This document shows, in pieces, positions 1 to 14,901 of a stretch of 64,000 nucleotides of DNA. The DNA is from Klebsormidium nitens. Its lineage: Eukaryota; Plantae; Klebsormidiophyceae. The notes beneath the pieces are model-generated. The model saw only the letters and a list, made by a program, of their open reading frames with translations, had not been told where the DNA came from and did not search any database. A program made the position numbers and the translations under genes. Positions within the stretch are counted from its first letter, which is position 1, and each line of letters starts with the position of its first letter. The DNA lies in NCBI GenBank assembly GCA_000708835.1, contig DF237371.1:15635-79634 (forward strand), given 5' to 3'.

Positions 1-87
1 TCTGCCTCCGTTCTGTAGCCGATTCCAGCTCCTTAGCCACAAGCTTTTTGCAGCACCCGTCGCGCTTCCTTTCAGCTTCCCAAAACC

Positions 88-2792
88 ATGGGCACCATGA
101 CACTCCCAATTGTAGCTCTCTCTGTCCTAGCCCTCCTCGCACTCGTCCAGTGTCAGCCCCTCTCAGCCCCTGCCCCCGCTCCCACCGCCACTCCAACCAG
201 CTGCGTCCTCACCCCTGAGCTGACCGAAGGCCCCTACTGGCTGGAAGATAAGCTATTGCGCGCCAACATAACCGAGGGCCAGGCCGGGATCCCCTTCAAC
301 CTTTCCATCGTCGTCTTGGATGTCACCACCTGCCTCCCAATCCCCAACGTTTTCGTTGACATCTGGCACTGCAATGCAACTGGATTCTACTCAGGATTTG
401 GGGGTAGCACGACATCTTCCCCGGGGATGGGTGGCGGAGGCCCGGGGGGGTCCAGCTCCTCCACAAACAACCAGACGTTTCTGAGGGGGATCACCCAGAC
501 GGACGCCAACGGTGTGGCAACGTTCGCGACGATCCAGCCGGGGTGGTATGCGGGGCGCACCCCTCACATTCACGTCAAGGTGGGTGCAAAGCTCTTGACT
601 GTGGATCCTTCTGTTGTGTGCCTGTTGCGAGTATCTTGATCTCAGTGGGTGTCCAGAATGTCCAAATTTGTAATTTCTATTGAGTAGTGCCTATATTTCT
701 TCGAAAGAAAATGACTGGGTGCTCGGTAGGTAGAGAAGCTCTTTGGGTCCTGGCTCTGGATGAGCTGGGGGAAATGCACACTTCTCAGTAGCCTTTTGTT
801 GTCAAGACAGTGAACATCTCTTGCTTTGGTTGCTGACTTGCGAGCTCAGGATCAATGAATTCAATCCTGAGCTCAAAATTTAACAGATCTGCAACGAGCG
901 ATTAGTAAGAGATTGAAAGCTCTCCTCTGCTTCGTTAGAAAGCTACATACAAGCAGGGGTCCGTTTCTGCATATGTAGTTTCGTCAGACTGTGTCAAAAT
1001 CTATGCAGGGCACATTCTTTGAGCTGTTAGATATTGTAGTCAATTTGTGTCCGTGTTTATGATCGTCCGCAAGTCTGCTTTCCGGAGCTTCTCTTCTTCA
1101 GCCTCTTTTGCCCCTGCCAAAGCTCTCAATGATGATTATTATCGAAATGTTCCTATGAGGGGGGTCAATTAGCATTCAAAGATACTCTTCTCTTTCAGCT
1201 TGCTTCAGCTCGATGTCCCTTAAGTTTACTCCCGCTGTTCTCTGTGGTGTTGCTCTCTCATGGCCAGTTCAATAGAACGTCACAAATAGTCACCTTGACT
1301 TTCTATCTACTTGCCTCGTCTCTCGCCACTTTCTCTTCTCTCCCCCACCATCCTCATTACCCATCCTTCAAAACCGTCAAGGCGGCATTTTTTTTATTCT
1401 TTTGCGACACATAATCTAACAGAGTCTCTCCCCTTTTTCAAGGTGCACATCCCCACAAACACCAGCACCTCGGTCCCTGCCGAGTACGCCTCCAGCCACA
1501 CGGTTCATACCGGGCAGCTCTTCTTCACGGACGCCCACATGGCCCTCGTGTCCGCCGTCGCTCCGTACACCAACGACACCAACGCGTATGTCGCGCTGAC
1601 GTCAGACGGCATCTACAACAGCAGCCCCGTGGAGCTCCTGAACATGACGCAAGTTTCGGCGACCAACATTGCGGCGGGGCTGGTCGCAACGATTAACGCG
1701 ATTGTGGACACGACGGCGAACCGCCCGCCGACGTCGAGCGCGTCGAATGTTGCTACGACGTCGCCGAGCAGTACGAGTGCGACGACTGCCCCCAGCACGA
1801 GCGCAACAACCGCGCCCAGTACGGTGGCTGCCGCCACGCCTACGCCTACAGGTGAGGTCGATTTGACTCCAATTTAGATGCTGTTGATTGGTTGTTTCGG
1901 ACGTCTATCTGGGAATTTTCGCCGTTCTTAACGCGGCTGGAGCGACCGGTCGGTGGGCCTGTGAACCGTCAGAATGACGATGAAGGCCTCGTCTTGGGGC
2001 TTCTCCGCGATTGATGTTCAATGTGATTGCAATTGAACCGTCGTGATATCGATTCTGTATGGTTGCTTAGAACGCCACTCTCGATCGCCGAGCTCGACAG
2101 TCGACCTTCTCATAGAGTGGGACGTTGTGGTGTGCTGTGCCGGTTGGAGGCACTAGGCAACGGAAGATGTTATCTGCTTTGCTCTGTGGAAGGAACCTTG
2201 AAGCGAGACATAGTGTAATGCGGTCGTTGTGACCAAAAGCTTGTAAGGCATGACGGCTGGTGAAGAAGGAAAAAGAACCATCCTTTCTGCAAGATTGTTG
2301 TTGTTGCGGAGCTCTGATCGAATTACCGCTCCATCTGCAGTCGCACAGAGTGCCCCTGTCTCGGCGGTGACGTCAACGTCATCAGCGCAGGCCCCCGGCT
2401 CAGCGGTGCCCGCATCATCCGGGAGTGCAATGGGTGAGCGGCTGCCACGTGTCCTTGACAGGAGATTACCGAAGTCGTTAGACAGTTATGTTCGAGCAAA
2501 AGTGAATTAGGAGCTCTAGAGGTTGGTGCTCGGCCTCCGTACTAGTATCGCTCAAGCTTGTTGTCTGTCGCTCGTTGACACGAACAAATGAAAGGACGCT
2601 TTACGACGTTTTCGGCCGTCCCAAATACTGTTCTTCCCCACTGGTTCCCTAAAGCCTTGTTTCCAAATGCTACGCTTTCTGAACGTCGGATCTGATTCAG
2701 CGCTCCTGCTCTTTGCAGGTGCTCACCCAATTGACCTGACGAGTGCCACGCTCTTGGCCCTGGTGTCATTCTTTGCTATAGCCTGCTTCTAA
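88..2792 (+). CDS. Secreted intradiol ring-cleavage dioxygenase-like protein with Ser/Thr/Pro-rich stalk and probable GPI-anchor signal (~355 aa); exons 88-579, 1443-1851, 2341-2433, 2719-2792
   Basis: Hydrophobic N-terminal signal peptide. Motifs TEGPYW, DIWHCNATGFYS, QPGWYAGRTPHIHVK|VH and HTGQLFF are typical of intradiol dioxygenases, with Tyr/Tyr/His-X-His iron ligands present. GT-AG junctions are in phase. The last exon encodes a hydrophobic tail (ATLLALVSFFAIACF*). Confidence 0.88.
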
Positions 2793-3665
2793 TCGTGACA
2801 CGTTCAGGGCTTAGTAGGTAGAAAGTTAAGGTCTTTGGTAGGGAGATAGAGGTAGATTGAAGGTGTGTCCGAACAATCGTAAACTCCTGCAGCAAGCAGG
2901 ACTTAGACAGCTTTGATTTTGGCTCGCGTGTAGAAACCTGGAATTTAGCACTGGAGTGTTCGCTGGTTAGAACCCTCTGATTCGGCTGACCTCCAATCAC
3001 TAGCTCGTATCTTATGAATGAAGTAGGTCGTAGGTTGCCCATCAGCCAGGCCAGTGTGCTCGGACATAATTAGTTGCGCCAGCATCGCTCAGTTTACGAG
3101 ATACCAGAACGCACTTCGTTTACTGTCGATTTGAGTATAATTATAACGGATCATTGATACCTATCTACGATAAGTGCACTGAGTTTCCGAAAGCTGGGTG
3201 TCAGGCTTGTGTCTGCATGGTCACTCCGACAAGATTATGCGCTTAATAACCTTGCCATGTACGCAAACTTCGTAGTGTGATACATAACCGATCCATGATC
3301 TTCGGCCTAACAGTTGTTAAATCAATCCGGCCGGTCCTTATAAGCTATACGCCACCACATATGGTGGTCACCGTTTGCAGATTCCCGACAATTTATGAAG
3401 GATTCCGGCGTCCGCGCATGGTGCGGGAAGCTTCGTGCAATCAGTGCTCACGCACAGCTATATACTCAATACTTTTACTTTGAAGTGATTAGAGAGCATG
3501 GAACGCAATTATCAACATTTGAAGCACGTAGACGCTCGGTGAGCTTGTCTCATGCACATGTGCCACCCAGTAAGCGAGGCGGCCATTTCGTGGCAAGTCG
3601 CCCGTGATTCGTAACCGGCTGCCTAATGCTTTCCTACGAATTGCCATCAAGACACGTCTTTCCGA

Positions 3666-5873
<2,208 letters not shown>

Positions 5874-6408
5874 TGTTAGGCGGAGCTAGCGGTGTCACTG
5901 CACTGCGAGTAAACTCGACCTTGTGAGGACCACCCCTCAGCTCTACTGGTGCTGCGCCTCGAAAGGAAAGCCCCTTCTGTCAACAGCACTCTTCGTTCGC
6001 CCTGATCGGAATCCTGAGGAATGCTGTGCTCTAAATGGATGCACATGACCCGAAAATCGTTAACCTCAGAATTCTAGGGGATGGAAAGCTTAAACCCGGT
6101 CAGGTTATGTAAGAATGAAGGCTGTGCGAGTCTGCAGTTCCCTTCCCCCCAAGCACTCAAGAAGTTTGTAGGGAGTCGATCTTGGCGATGCCTCCATCTT
6201 CTATCTTACTATCTCAGTTGGAGCGCTGGCAAATGCGATGTAAGGTTACTGCTGCAGTAGCTTGGTCAGAAGGTCTCCCAAATGCACAAGTTGATCAGGT
6301 TGACTTCCATAAACCGGCGCGTTTCGCCACCAGGGCAAGGTCTTACACACAAACGGGACCGCAGCAGAGACGATCTTAGAAGTTCTAGACAATTATCAAG
6401 GCCCAGCA

Positions 6409-7845
6409 ATGTATGTGCTTTCAAGAGCGAGACACAATGTGACATCAAACCGGGTGATGCCATTTTTGTTGGGCGCTCTTGTAACTGCCATCTTCTTTCA
6501 GACCTCAAGCTTGGGCACCTTCTTCAGCAGTGGCACCATTGCTGAGGTCCAAGCTGTTTCCGTAGAGGTAAACAGGACACGCATTGATGCTCTCTTTCAG
6601 AAGCTATGGAAGGAACGCGAGGGCCAAGTGTGGATGTCAAAAGAGGAGGCACAGATGGTGGTGCAATATTTGGAGCCAGGGCAGACCATGTGGGAGTGGG
6701 GTAGGTAAGTACCTAGCTGTCTCTGCCACTTCCGTATTCTGAGACGAGACTGTTTGTTTCTTGAATGAAGGATCTCCTCGTCTCAGACTATGTTGCAGCT
6801 CTGAAGTGGCTATTGCACGTCACTAAATGTGAGCAAATGGCACAGCTGTAAAGTGGAGCTGATGAGACACTCCAGATTAACATTCACCAAAGTAGATGGA
6901 GCAGAGAAAGACAAGTCACACCACCAATGCATCACAAACTCTCTCTGGGGATTCTGATCCGCTCTGCGCTGATCCGACCAGCCTGTTCAAACCTTTGATT
7001 GCGAGGTCCAATTGGTGGTGCTATGCATAAAGCCCCTGATCCATTTTGCTCTGCCTCTGCAGCGGGGGCTCCACCACTTTCTTCTCCCACTTTGTGTCAG
7101 AGTATTATTCAGTTGAGCATGACGAGGTCTGGTTCAACACCGTCAAGGAGCAGCTGACAGCCGACCCTGTTCTTTCGAAGAAAGTCAGCTACCAGCATGT
7201 TGCGTCAGTGCCTTACGAGCGGGTGTGGCCGGGCCCCCCCTCCATCGGGGCAAATTATGCACAGTACATCAGGGCTGTGCCGGAGGACCTCAAGGTGACT
7301 CGCTATATATACCTGCAACTTGACATCTGTCTACTAATCAAAGGCTTCCACAGAAAGCCAAAATCTGAGCTAGTCCCGTCCCAACCAAGTAATCGTGTTT
7401 TGGTATTCGTCCTGGCTTCGTGACACCTCGTTCCTTGAAGGCAGTACCATGTTAGTAAGCTCCTCCAAGGTTCAAGCGCTCTTTTAACACCGGTCACAAT
7501 TGCTGAATGTTGGAGGGCAAAGGGCAATTGACTGGAGACCAAAGGCCTCCACCCCTGGTGTTTGGCTCTCTGTTTCTCTCAGGTGACGGCATCGAATCCT
7601 TCACCCAGCTCCATTGCTTCTTCGCCTGAGATGTTGAGTGCGTCTATCTTCTGATGCAGGTGGACCGCTTCTTAGTGGACGGCCGGGCGCGGCCGCAGTG
7701 CGCCATCGAGGCTTTGTTCCATTTTCGAGACCCCCAAGACTCAATCCTGTTCTTGCACGACTTCTGGGACACTGTGCAGCGGGGACACTACAAGCTCGTC
7801 CTACTCCTGTACGAGATGATTGACACAGTGCTCGGTGGGTTGTAA
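6409..7845 (+). CDS. Type II membrane-anchored SAM-dependent methyltransferase-like protein (~237 aa); exons 6409-6704, 7063-7294, 7660-7845
   Basis: Single N-terminal hydrophobic segment (VMPFLLGALVTAIFF). Spliced motif EWGS|GGST, then SVEHD, FLVDGRARPQCA and LFLHDF, consistent with a Rossmann methyltransferase fold. The 3' end could have an additional exon. Confidence 0.75.
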
Positions 7846-9187
7846 AGACTTGAACTCTTCCAGTCGTCCATGTCCTTGTTTAAGTGCCAAAGCTTTTAGT
7901 CTTAGTCGTTGTTGCAGAACTAACCACCCGTGCTCAATTGAGCTGGCATGCTGTGCGCAGGGGGTTCCTGAAAGAGAAGCACTCTCTCTGCTCCTCTTTG
8001 TTTCTTTTTGAGAGAAATCTCAGACTCTGCCCTGGGAACGAGAAGCGGGGGAATAACGATTCTTGGAAAAGGCCACTAAGGGCTGAGGACACATAAACAT
8101 TTCAATGATCCGAGTGTTCTGAGTTCCCCTGTCAGGGCTGCTACATATATAAAAGTCGAGATCATTTCTGCTAGTCTTACTGGGTGCTTACAACGGCAGA
8201 ACGATCAAAATTGTAGCAACATCAATTGGTGCTTGGGTGTTCCCCTGCGCCGCATTCTGGAGTTGGATCTCTAGAGCTTGACTACTCAAATGAGTCCTCG
8301 TACATGATTGTACAATTCTTCTGCCCGCTCTAGTCTTCCAGAGTTGAGAATTTACCAATGAAAGCGAGGTCGTTTATCTTCACCAGCAGAACGGATGGAA
8401 GGACAACTCAGACTCCCAGCCAACCTTTAAGGATCCCCTTTGGTTGGAAGTACTCAGATTGACGGCCCAAAGTCGCGTCAACTGTTGATCCCTTGGAGTC
8501 GGAACCAAGGAGGTTTGGCGGAATTCACCCAGGAGAGCATGTTTTCATGTCACTCGTTCGGTCAGCACCAGACACATTACGGCTACAAACTTCGCATCGT
8601 TCCAATACTTAAGTCCGTTGTACTTCACCTGGCGCAGAGGAGCAGAGTCTCGTCGTCCTAAGGCCCAAACCTGATTGGAGGGAGCGCCTCGCACGGTTTG
8701 CGTATCCAGAGTGGTGGGTCGGGGCGACCGCGGACGACTCTGCAACTCCGGTACAGATTATTCGCGTGCTCGACTGAGTAGCAGTAAAGGCAGACTGTGA
8801 GGTAGGTACAGTAGAAAGCTACTGGTGTTTTCGCATCTTTTGCGCGCAGCTTTAAATGCGAGGGTTGCGGAGCAAGCAATCTACTTTAGGATCGACAGCA
8901 GGGCACTCGTGAGCAACCGCTGGCCGCGGGCATGTAATTCTTACTTTTTGTTGTGCATGAGCCTAATGAAACAGCGTTCAGCGAGGATGCAGTTGTAACC
9001 CGGAGCATCGTAGATAACATACGAGCATTCTAGGCAGATGGCAATTAGTGGCAATGAAGGTGGTAATATATAGCGCGTGTACTTCGGGAACATAGTCAAA
9101 CGCTAGTCACTGTCAGCAGCAGCTGAGTAGGAAACTGGTTCGCACAAGCTTGCAATGGTCACAATTTGAGATATACTATCGATCCAT

Positions 9188-9311
9188 GATGGCGACTTTA
9201 GTACAGGCGGCCTGGCGGCACCATTTCACGTGTACATATGCTGAGATATAAATCGCACAGGTTGTGATTGTGGATTAGGGCCGCCAGGCCGCCGATACTA
9301 AAGTCGCCATC
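9188..9311. mobile_element. MITE-like / fold-back element with ~32-bp terminal inverted repeats
   Basis: Left arm gatggcgactttagtacaggcggcctggcggc; right arm gccgccaggccgccgatactaaagtcgccatc. They are reverse complements apart from a few central mismatches, with a ~60-nt spacer. No clear target-site duplication. Confidence 0.55.
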
Positions 9312-10007
9312 GTAATGGTGCATGCAAGGCACCGCAGTAGAGCAACGATATTGGCGCGCTCTCTAGGCTCATGCACTAATTAATATATAGTAGGTCCATG
9401 TAGCTAGCTGATTCGACCATGTCAGATTTAGAACGTGGCCCGAATGTTATATAAAAACTCACATGCATCTTCATGGCGCCTACGGTGAACGTGCAGGTAT
9501 ATGCGAGCACTTGGAACACCATGATAGTGATTTTTCGGACTTAATTGGCGGCCATCGCTGCAACATGATCCTGGCATAATCAACATTAAGTTAAGTGCAA
9601 CACTATAACTGCATGCATGATCAAAAGACGGCCGGGGGATGTATACATGGTCACTGTGTATATTCCGAAGCAGCAATCAAAATTGCACATGGAATTCAGT
9701 TTTGACTCCGCCCCGGGTGCATGAACGAAGCGCCAAACGTAATAAGCTTGATCTTTTTTTCGGGTAAGGTTATCCAGGCAGATGAAACCCCGTCTAAGCA
9801 CAGTTTGACAGTTTCACTCTCCAGAGTCCGTTCTGCTCTGAGACTCAGAGCTGACTAACTAACATGATGGTATAGCTGATTAGCAAGGGCGCGCATGCTT
9901 GCCTGCAGTGATTCGTGGCGCACTTTCTTCTGGATGCTTTTTCTAAAGGCGGCCAGCGGGATCGCAGGTCATAACTAAGAGTGCGTGAAAGCAGGGAGGG
10001 GCTGATT

Positions 10008-13000
10008 CTAAACACCGATCAACCGCTTGTACCGGAGCCACGCCATGACGGCCGCAAAGAGCGCAATGCAACAGAGCGTTGTGATGATGACAACCTGCGA
10101 AACGGAAAGGAAAGTGGATCAGGGTTTGGAAACACACTCAATTTTTCAGCAGCAAGAGTTTCCGAGCTTTTGCAACGTCCGCACATACTTGCAGAGTCGC
10201 AATTCGGGGGTCGCACCGGCCAGCAATCGTCATCGAAGCTGCTGTCGACTTATGTTCGACCAGCGACTATTTCAACGGAGCGCGTCTTCCTTGGCTTCGC
10301 ATGTTTTTTTTGTACAGTCCTCAGCGCAAGGACCCCGCCGGCATTAGCAAGATAGAAATCGAACGCGAAGAGGCCAGAATGATGAGCTGAGCCCCTGAAA
10401 GGCCAAGTCATCAGGGGCCGGGAGGGGCACGCCGCTCCAGGAAGGCGGGGCACAAGCCAGCTCACGCATCTGCAGGCTGATAACAAACAGGTGCTCCAAC
10501 ATGAAAGATTGAATCACTCACCCATTTAAAAGCGGGTCCCTGTTCGTTGTACGTGAACGGGATATTCATTCCGAAGGTGCCCGCGACCGCTGATGCAATT
10601 GCCATGAGGGCGGTCGTCACACTCATGATCATTTCGACCTGAGAAACAGCAGCGAACAAAGCGTTGTGAAGGGATCCGACTGCGGTCGACGGCCTTACGA
10701 AGTCGGTTCTTGGGGAGGCACGTACGCTCCTGGCTCCGGCACGGAATACTGAAGCATCACTCATACGTGGTTCAAAACAACCTGCTGAATCCTCAGCGCA
10801 CAATCGCAGAACTTACGGCCAGACTTATTGGTCGATTTGACTTCGAAATCTGGCGACGTTGACTCTGCGGGGTTGACTGCATTTTCTTGCCGCTAGTATT
10901 GCGCAACAGTATGGTGGCTTCTTTGAAATGCTTCTCAAAGATTTGGCCCGCTGTGCAAAGAGAAACACGAGCAGAGGCAGTCTTCGTGTGCGCTCACCCG
11001 GATAAGCTGGTTTCGTACGTGATCCAACTGGATGTTCACGTAGTCCTCCGTATCGTCGATGTATTCCCGCAGCTGTGCAACGACAAAAGTGCCACAAGTC
11101 AATGCTCAAGCAGAACGACAAGCCCAAAGCTGGCTACTGGGCAATCGCGGCCATTGCATGATGAACTGAGGCAAACGCGTCCGAACGTTCCGCAAGCCAA
11201 TCTAAGCGACTGATACAGCTCAATTGTAAAAAGAGGACACCGGCTCTTTCACTCAGGAGACACCCTCCAGACTCCGTCTGACGTTTCTGGCATAGTTCTG
11301 TGCGTGGAACCAGTTCATGCAGGATCCTTCCCGAGAATGCCGAGTTGGTCGAGCGTCACGTCAGTCTGCGAAAAGACTCTGACCGCTTGCGGGGGCAAGC
11401 ACAAACCCTCCAGGCAAAGCTGTCCTGCGGCTTTCTCAAGCAAGGCCCCTTCTTCCCCATCCAATCGTGACGAACAACTCGATATTCTCAAGCACCCAAG
11501 CACCCAAGCACCCCCCCGCTCCCTTTCTCTCACCGTGTTGAGCTTGTTGAGCGTGACGTCGATCTGCGAGTAGTACACCTCCAGCAGCATCTCCAGCTCC
11601 TCCACGTCCTCCGCCCCCTCGCCCGTGCTGCGCGTCGTGTGCGTGGCCGTGCGCGGCGCGTACGTCTTCGACGCGACGCTCGCGCTGAACGCGTCCGCGG
11701 CCGCGAGCGACGGCGAGTGCGGCGAGCGCGGGGACGAGAGCGCGCTGAAGTTGAAGGCCTGCTTGCGGGACAGGTACAGCTCCGCCATGTCGTCGTCGTC
11801 GTCCAGCAGCTGCTCCAGCTCGTCGCGCACCTGGAGGGGGGGAACGGAGGGCTTTGTTAAAGGGGGAGGGGGGGGTGGGTGGGCGGCCATAGTTGCGTTG
11901 TCAAAGACACCCCCTGGCGCGAGGAAAGGGGAGCTTTGTCTAGAGGGAAAGAGACTGTAATGTAATGTTAAAGAGACCGCCTTGGAGAGAGTGTCTCAGC
12001 AGCTGCTCCAGCTCGTCGCGCACCTGGAGGGGGGGGGACGGAGGGCCTCTTTAAGGGGGAAGGAGGCCTGTGGGACAGCGTCAAAGAGGCCCCTTTGAAG
12101 AAGAACGTCAAGCAGCTGCTCCAGCTCGTCGCGCACCTAGAGGGGCAGCGGAAACGGAGGGCTTTGTTTAGGGACAGCGGGGGCCTCTGAGATAGCATCA
12201 AAGATACCACCTGGGAGGAAAACGTTCAGCAGCTGCTCCGGGTCGTCGTGCACTTGGCGGGGGGGACACGGAGGGCTTTGTTTAGGAACGGGGGGTGCCT
12301 GTGATACGTCAACGACACCCCCTTGAAGACAAACGTCCAGCAGCTGTATTTGCTCGTTGCGCACCTGCGGGGGAACACGGAGGGTCTCTTTTAGGGGAGG
12401 GGAGGGCTGTGATTCTGCGTCAAAGATACTTCTTGGAGAATGTGAGTGGCCCCTTCACAGCAGCTGCTCGAGCTCGTCACGCATCTTAAAGGAGGGCGCG
12501 AAGACAGGCCGTGTTGACGAGCTGGCACCCACCTGCAAACGGACGCCCGTAGAAGGGAAGCTAAAGGCGGCAGAGCGCAGAGGAGGTTTGTCACTCGTCC
12601 GCATCCGGATTGAGCACAAGGGAGGATAGACTAGAAGACTGACGAAGCAAGCACTGCATGTGCTTCGCTCGCAAAACTGATACTCCAAAAACATTTGTTC
12701 AAGCCTGGTGTCAACGATCAAGGGGGAGGAAGGCCCGCTCACCTTATGGACTCGTGTTGAGAGGCGCGTCATCCGACTCTTCATCCTCCGCACCTTCTCC
12801 AGGTTCAGGCTGCTGACCTGGCAGGCGAGAAAGGAGTTGAAGGTCAGCTCTGGAAGATTGAACAGCGGAGGCACTCGCAAGCGGAGTAAAGTGACGCACA
12901 ACGGGAGGCTGGAGCGAAGTATTATCAAAAATTGACAGAAGCGGGGTCGAGCCGCAAAACTCATCGAGCTCAAGGCCATTCCACATGCGCTCAGCTTTTC

Positions 13001-14481
13001 GACACCACCTCAAATGCCTGAGTCATTAGAAAAAGGCTTCGCGAAAGTACACGGTCTACATCCAACTTTCGAAGTTGGGGCCTTGTTGAAAGAAAGGATC
13101 GTACCTTGTTGGTGAGCTCATCCAGGACGGGATATGCTTCGGACTCCAGCTCCGTTGTCCGCGCGTCTAAAAAGCTGCACGCGGCCTCGAGAGCGACCTC
13201 CAAGGCCCGGAACTCGAACGGCAGCACTGCACAACGGAAGTCGGACAGGAATTAGAAGTGGCGCCAAAGATAGTTGTGTGGCCGTTACACTGGTTCGACA
13301 TCGAAAACAAGATCGGCCTTCCTTGTTGTCGATACATCTTCCCGAGAGCTCCCACACTCAAACTGCATAACAAATGCTTCGGCAATATACTGGATCCTGC
13401 AACCACGCGGAAGCCACACAGATTGTCTGCTCGACAACAGAAAAGACAGGGCGTGTCTCACATGCATAGAATCTTTATCGTCGGACCAGTCTATCTTTAT
13501 CTAGCCCAGAATCCGTTAGACAATCGCACTCGTTCAGCTTCAGAATCAGTCTCGACCGGAAAGAGCGCCGCGCCCTCACACTCTGCATCGTCCGCAGGTG
13601 CTCTCTCGTGGCCGGGCCCTGCTTGGGGCGGGCTGGCGTTGGCCCTGTTTGTGTCGCTGTCGTAGTCGCTGCCGATCCCGCCTATGTTCAGCCGCCGCTT
13701 GAACTCCTCCACCAGGGGCACCATCGCCTCCTCCTGGCCGTTCCGCAGGAGCACCTCCTCCGCCGTGATGATCGCCTTGATGTGCTGCAGAGAAAACAGC
13801 ACCGCTGATCTCTACACACTTGTGACGTAAGCATCTGAGCAACGTCATTGCACGCACGTTTTCACAATGGAGAAGCATGTAGACTGGAATCTGAACAAAA
13901 GCGGGACGATTTTCTGCTTTCCCAGTGAGCGAGTCTAGCAGGTACCGTTCGACATCAACTGCAGTCAAAGAAGCCAGCAACGTGCCTCTCTGTTCACAGA
14001 CACCGCCCTCCGAGCCGGCTTTGTTCCGACCCGAAAACGAGGGCACAAAAAGAACGAGGATGGAAGCCTCTGCATAGGGAGCGACAGCTTCCAGCCAGAC
14101 GTTTGCCAGCCGTTCTTGACTCAAATGATACGGGCGTTTCGACGCAAAACAAACTCTCTAGGCCTGCTTCTGCGAGGCCGTAAAGTCAAAGCCCAAACCT
14201 TACAGTACGAACCTTCAGACAATCCGGCCCCTCACCTCCAGATTGACCACGATGGCCTTCTCTCGCCCCAGAATAGTGGAGGGGTACGACAGGAACGGAT
14301 CCAGGATGCGGAGGTCGCGCGCATGAATCCCTGCCCGGTGCATGATCTCATGTTTGTCGGCCTCAAACACGAGCGCACTACCGTCCGCATCGAACCGCAA
14401 CCACGTCCGGTGCGCCTGCTGCGGCTTCCGCGGCTTGGCAGGGAGGGCCTGCACGTCCACATTTGAGGGGTAACCCTTCAT
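10008..14481 (-). CDS. MRS2: MRS2/MGT (CorA-family) magnesium transporter (~407 aa); exons 14481-14236, 13784-13580, 13226-13105, 12817-12743, 11830-11534, 11072-10998, 10638-10522, 10094-10008
   Basis: [28 protein letters not shown]|[64 protein letters not shown], the GMN motif (GTFGMNIP) and two C-terminal TM helices. All junctions are GT-AG and in phase. Confidence 0.96.
11800..12484 (-). repeat. Tandem array of ~111-120-bp units (five intronic copies plus the real junction), each made of a polypyrimidine tract, AG and the first ~27 nt of MRS2 exon 5
   Basis: gtgcgcgacgagctggagcagctgct (VRDELEQLL) or degenerate versions start at 11830 (real exon), 12023, 12136, 12253, 12364 and 12484. Each is preceded by ...ccctccgt...AG or a degenerate form of it. 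Confidence 0.92.
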
Positions 14482-14901
14482 GGTGCCGCCAGGGGCATGG
14501 GACCCCCCGTTGAGTTACGAGAGTCTGGAGAGTCCCCCTACCACATTGGGCAGGGCTGCAAGTGGAAGGAAATGTCAAGGTTTGAACCCTCAAGCATCGA
14601 AAAGGGTCGTTTTTCTGTGCGTCTCAAAAACAGCTGACTTCTAGATGCTGCTATCCTTTCCGCTCAAGAGACGCCGTCCGTTGCTGCCTGGTGCTGTAGA
14701 TTGACCTTTGGGTTGGAATGATTAGAGTAAGTGGCGGATGCATTTGAGAAGCTTTGATAAGAGCGGGCGCTCCAAGTTCGTTAGTCGAGAAGAGCCCAAG
14801 GTCTGGAAGGAGTCTGGAAGGTTCTTGTGTCTCTAAAAGTGGTGGGGGGCACACCACCTGTGGAAGCGGCAGCGAAGAGAGTGGGTGCCAAGTCTGCTTG
14901 T

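Noticed and set aside
8340-8880. ORF fragments on both strands downstream of the membrane methyltransferase
   Set aside because: All frames are interrupted by stops within ~70 codons, and no convincing splice chain or domain was found.
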